The notes beneath the pieces are model-generated. The model was not told the origin of the DNA, searched no databases, and saw nothing but the letters and a program-made list of their open reading frames with translations. DNA of 64,000 nt, from NCBI GenBank assembly GCA_964016885.1, contig OZ024753.1, forward strand, positions 24,986,001-25,050,000, written 5' to 3'. A program made the translations under genes and the position numbers. Every line of letters starts with the position of its first letter. Positions within the stretch are counted from its first letter, which is position 1. Source of the stretch: Eledone cirrhosa (taxonomy: Eukaryota). This document shows, one piece after another, positions 59,600-64,000 of the stretch.

Positions 59600-62500
59600 G
59601 TAATAACTCCAGTCAAGACATAGAAACAGGATAGTAATAACTCCAGCCAAGATATAGAAACAGGATAGTAATAACTCCAGTCAAGACATAGAAACATGAT
59701 AGTAATAACTCCAACCAAGTCATAGAAACATGATAGTAATAACTCCAGTCAAGACACAGAAACAGAATAGTAATAACTCCAGTCAAGACATAGAAACATT
59801 ATAGTAATAACACCAACCAAGACATAGGAACAGGATAGTAATAACTCCAGTCAAGACATAGAAACAGGATAGTAATAACTCCAACCAAGATATAGAAACA
59901 GGATAGTAATAACTCCAGTCAAGACATAGAAACAGGATAGTAATAACTCCAACCAAGACATAGAAACATGATAGTAATAACTCCAACCAAGATATAGAAA
60001 CATGATAGTAATAACTCCAGTCAAGACATAGAAACATGATAGTAATAACTCCAGTCAAGACATAGAAACAGGATAGTAATAACTCCAACCAAGATATAGA
60101 AACAGGATAGTAATAACTCCAGTCAAGACATAGTAACAGGATAGTAATAACTACAACCAAGATATAGAAACAGGATAGTAATAACTCCAGCAAAGACATA
60201 GAAACAGGATAGTAATAACTCCAGTCAAGACATAGAAACATGATAGTAATAACTCCAGTCAAGCCATAGAAGCATGATAGTAATAACTCCAACCAAGATA
60301 TAGAAACAAGATAGTAATAACTCCAACCAAGACATAGAAACATGATAGTAATAACTCCAGTCAAGACATAGAAACATGATAGTAATAACACCAGTCACGA
60401 CGTCGAAACAGGATAGTAATAACTCCTGCCAAGATATAGAAACAGGATAGTAATAACTCCAACCAAGACATAGAAACAGGATAGTAATAACTCCAACCAA
60501 GACATAGAAACATGATAGTAATAACTCCAACCAAGACATAGAAACATGATAGTAATAACTCCAACCAAGATATAGAAACAGGATAGTAATAACTCCAGTC
60601 AAGACATAGTAACAGGATAGCAATAACTCCAACCAAGATATAGAAACAGGATAGTAATAACTCCAGTCAAGACATAGTAACAGGATAGTAATAACTCCAA
60701 CCAAGACATAGAAACATGATAGTAATAACTCCAACCAAAATATAGAAACAGGATAGTAATAACTCTAACCAAGATATAGAAACATGGTAGTAATAACTCC
60801 AACCAAAATATAGAAACATGATAGTAGTAACTCCAACCAAGACATAGAAACATGATAGTAATAACTCCAACCAAGAATTAGAAACAGGATAGTAATAACT
60901 CCAACCAAGATATAGAAATAGGATAGTAATAACTCCAACCAAAATATTGAAACATGATAGTAATAACTCCAACCAAGATATAGAAACAGGATAGTAATAA
61001 CTCCAACCAAGACATAGAAACAGGATAGTAATAACTCCAAACTAAATATGGAAACATGATAGTAATAACTCCAATCAAGACATAGAAGCAGGATAGTAAT
61101 AACTCCTACCAAGACATAGAAACAGGATAGTAATAACTCCAACCAAGACATAGAAACAGGATAGTAATAACTCCAGCCAAGATATAGAAACAGTATAGTA
61201 ATAACTCCAACCAAGACATAGAAACAGGATAGTAATAACTCCAACCAAGACATAGAAACAGGATAGTAATAACTCAAGCCAAGATATAAAAACAGGATAG
61301 TAATAACTCCAACCAAGACAAAGAAACATGATAGTAATAACTCCAACCAAGATATAGAAACAGGATAGTAATAACTCCAACCAAGACATAGAAACATGAT
61401 AGTAATAACTCAAACCAAGATATAGAAACAGGATAGTAATAACTCCAACCAAGACATAGAAAAAGGATAGTAATAACTCCAGCCAAGATATAGAAACAGG
61501 ATAGTAATAACTCCAACCAAGACATAGAAACAGGATAGTAATAACTACAACCAAGATATAGAAACAGTATAGTAATAACTCCAACCAAGACATAGAAAAA
61601 GGATAGTAATAACTCCAGCCAAGATATAGAAACAGGATAGTAATTACTCCAACAAAGACATAGAAACAGGATAGTAATAACTCCAACCAAGACATAGAAA
61701 CAGGATAGTAATAACTCCAACCAAGACATAGAAACAGGATAGTAATAACTACAACCAAGATATAGAAACATGATAGTAATAACTCCAGCCAAGATATAGA
61801 AACAGGATAGTAATAACTCCAACCAAAATATGGAAACATGATAGTAATAACTCCAACCAAGTTATAGAAACAGGATAGTAATAACTCCAGTCAAGACATA
61901 GTAACAGGATAGTAATAACTACAACCAAGATATAGAAACATGATAGTAATAACTCCAGTCAAGACATAGAAACATGATAGTAATAACTCCAGCCAAGATA
62001 TAGAAACAGGATAGTAATAACTCCAGTCAAGATATAGAAACATGATAGTAATAACTCCAGTCAAGACATAGAAACATGATAGTAATAACTCCAACCAAGT
62101 CATAGAAACATGATAGTAATAACTCCAGTCAAGACATAGAAACAGGATAGTAATAACTCCAGTCAAGAGATAGAAACATTATAGTAATAACACCTACCAA
62201 GACATAGGAACAGGATAGTAATAACTCCAGTCAAAACATAGAAACAGGATAGTAATAACTCCAACCAAGATATAGAAACAGGATAGTAATAACTCCAGTC
62301 AAGACATAGAAACATGATAATAATAACTCCAACCAAGACATAGAAACATGATAGTAATAAACCCAATCATGACATAAAAACATGATAATAATAACTTCAG
62401 TCAAGATATAGAAACATGATAGTAATAACTCCAGTCAAGATATAGAAACATGATAGTAATAACTCCAGCCAAGACATAGAAACATGATAGTAATAACTCC

Positions 62501-64000
62501 AGCCAACACATAGAAACATGATAGTAATAACTCCAGCCAAGATATAGAAACAGGATAGTAATAACTCCAGTCAAGACATAGAAACATGATAGTAATAACT
62601 CCAGTCAAGACATAGAAACAGGATAGTAATAACTCCAGTCAAGACATAGAAACATTATAGTAATAACACCAACCAAGACATAGGAACAGGATAGTAATAA
62701 CTCCAGTCAAGACATAGAAACAGGATAGTAATAACTCCAACCAAGACATAGAAACAGGATAGTAATAACTCCAACCAAAATATGGAAACAAGATAGTAAT
62801 AACTCCAACCAAGACATAGAAACATGATAGTAATAACTCCAACCAAGACATAGAAACAGGATAGTAATAACTCCAACCAAGATATAGAAATAGGATAGTA
62901 ATAACTCCAACCAAAATATTGAAACATGATAGTAATAACTCCAACCAAGATATAGAAACAGGATAGTAATAACTCCAACCAAGACATAGAAACAGGATAG
63001 TAATAACTCCAAACTAAATGTGGAAACATGATAGTAATAACTCCAATCAAGACATAGAAACAGGATAGTAATAACTCCTACCAAGACATAGAAACATGAT
63101 AGTAATAACTCCAACCAAGACATAGAAACAGGATAGTAATAACTCCAGCCAAGATATAGAAACAGGATAGTAATAACTCCAACCAAGACATAGAAACATG
63201 ATAGTAATAACTCCAACCAAGATATAGAAACAGGATAGTAATAACTCCAACCAAGACATAGAAAAAGGATAGTAATAACTCCAGCCAAGACATAGAAACA
63301 GGATAGTAATAACTACAACCAAGATATAGAAACAGGATAGTAATAACTCCAACCAAGACATAGAAAAAGGATAGTAATAACTCCAGCCAAGATATAGAAA
63401 CAGGATAGTAATAACTCCAACCAAGACATAGAAACAGGATAGTAATAACTCCAACCAAGACATAGAAACAGGATAGTAATAACTCCAACCAAGACATAGA
63501 AACAGGATAGTAATAACTACAACCAAGATATAGAAACATGATAGTAATAACTCCAGCCAAGATATAGAAACAGGATAGTAATAACTCCAACCAAGACATA
63601 GAAACAGGATAGTAATAACTCCAACCAAAATATGGAAACATGATAGTAATAACTCCAATCAAGACATAGAAACAGGATAGTAATAACTCCAGTCAAGACA
63701 TAGAAACAGGATAGTAATAACTCCAGCCAAGATATAGAAACAGGATAGTAATAACTCCAGTCAAGACATAGAAACATGATAGTAATAACTCCAGTCAAGA
63801 CATAGAAACATGATAGTAATAACTCCAGTCAAGACATAGAAACAGGATAGTAATAACTCCAGTCAAGACATAGAAACAGGATAGTAATAACTCCAACCAA
63901 GACATAGAAACATGATAGTAATAACTCCAACCAAGATATAGAAACAGGATAGTAATAACTCAAACCAAGATATAGAAACAGGATAGTAATAACTCCAACC
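59600..64000. repeat. More diverged zone of the same 34-bp satellite with many private variants
   Basis: Variants I did not see elsewhere include aagccatagaag (~60261), cacgacgtcg (60396), cctgcc (~60425), gaatta (~60875), gatataaaa (~61283) and aaatgtgg (~63016). No multi-kb exact copy was seen. Confidence 0.7.

Larger units (their letters stand above)
1..64000. repeat. Tandem satellite array of a 34-bp monomer (CCAACCAAGACATAGAAACATGATAGTAATAACT), about 1,883 copies, head-to-tail, extending past both window edges
   Basis: The motif recurs every 34 bp from position 1 (cagcc at 1, 35, ...) to the end (caacc at 63996). 63995 + 27 deleted bases = 64022 = 1883 x 34. Main polymorphic sites are aacc/agcc/agtc/agac, gaC/gaT and caTg/caGg. 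Confidence 0.99.

Noticed and set aside
60391-60403. 13-nt match CCAGTCACGACGT to the M13/pUC lacZ-alpha forward-primer region (possible vector contamination)
   Set aside because: 11 of the 13 bases are already the agtc-type monomer sequence, the match does not extend on either side, and the 34-bp register is preserved. Coincidence is sufficient.
140-63798. Hundreds of minus-strand ORFs up to 567 aa resembling membrane proteins
   Set aside because: All three frames encode the same 34-aa cyclic peptide, a mathematical result of a stop-free 34-bp unit. The ORFs overlap, have no unique domains, and begin and end at arbitrary monomer variants.
1-64000. Giant ORF under a TGA=Trp genetic code (the common agtc variant turns the minus-strand Trp TGG into TGA)
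   Set aside because: The same change is non-synonymous in the other two phases (V>T, G>D), which are read equally often. TAA/TAG stops from other variants and 2- and 5-bp frameshifts also occur. There is no evidence of codon-level selection.
1-64000. CRISPR array (the repeat length of 34 bp and an internal GAAAC are CRISPR-like)
   Set aside because: Monomers abut directly with no unique spacers, variation is limited to a few recurring SNPs, and no cas genes or leader are present.
1-64000. Telomeric repeat or G-quadruplex array
   Set aside because: There is no canonical short telomere unit and no regular G3+ runs. The minus strand has only GGTTGG per 34 bp, and the monomers are too heterogeneous for telomerase-templated repeats.
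1-64000. Inversions, transposon insertions, tRNA/rRNA genes, promoters or terminators
   Set aside because: The monomer orientation never flips, and the phase arithmetic leaves no room for inserted non-repeat sequence. None were seen on reading.

Overview
The whole 64 kb window is one uninterrupted, single-orientation satellite/minisatellite array. It is built from a 34-bp A-rich monomer (consensus CCAACCAAGACATAGAAACATGATAGTAATAACT; 17 A, 7 C, 4 G, 6 T; about 32% GC). Phase arithmetic gives about 1,883 monomers, with only six visible indels: one 2-bp deletion and five copies of one 5-bp deletion. I see no unique sequence, credible gene, RNA gene, transposon or CRISPR array. All ORFs in the track are minus-strand read-throughs of the repeat, whose consensus has no minus-strand stop codon. 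The informative signal is the order of monomer variants. It records nested higher-order repeats (HORs) and duplications of about 170, 544, 1,700, 2,788, 2,958, 3,021, 3,434, 3,908 bp and about 12-14.5 kb, and a more diverged zone at about 59.6-64 kb. An array of this size is most typical of eukaryotic heterochromatin (inference); the organism and any function cannot be determined from this sequence. I found no evidence for a new protein-coding system.
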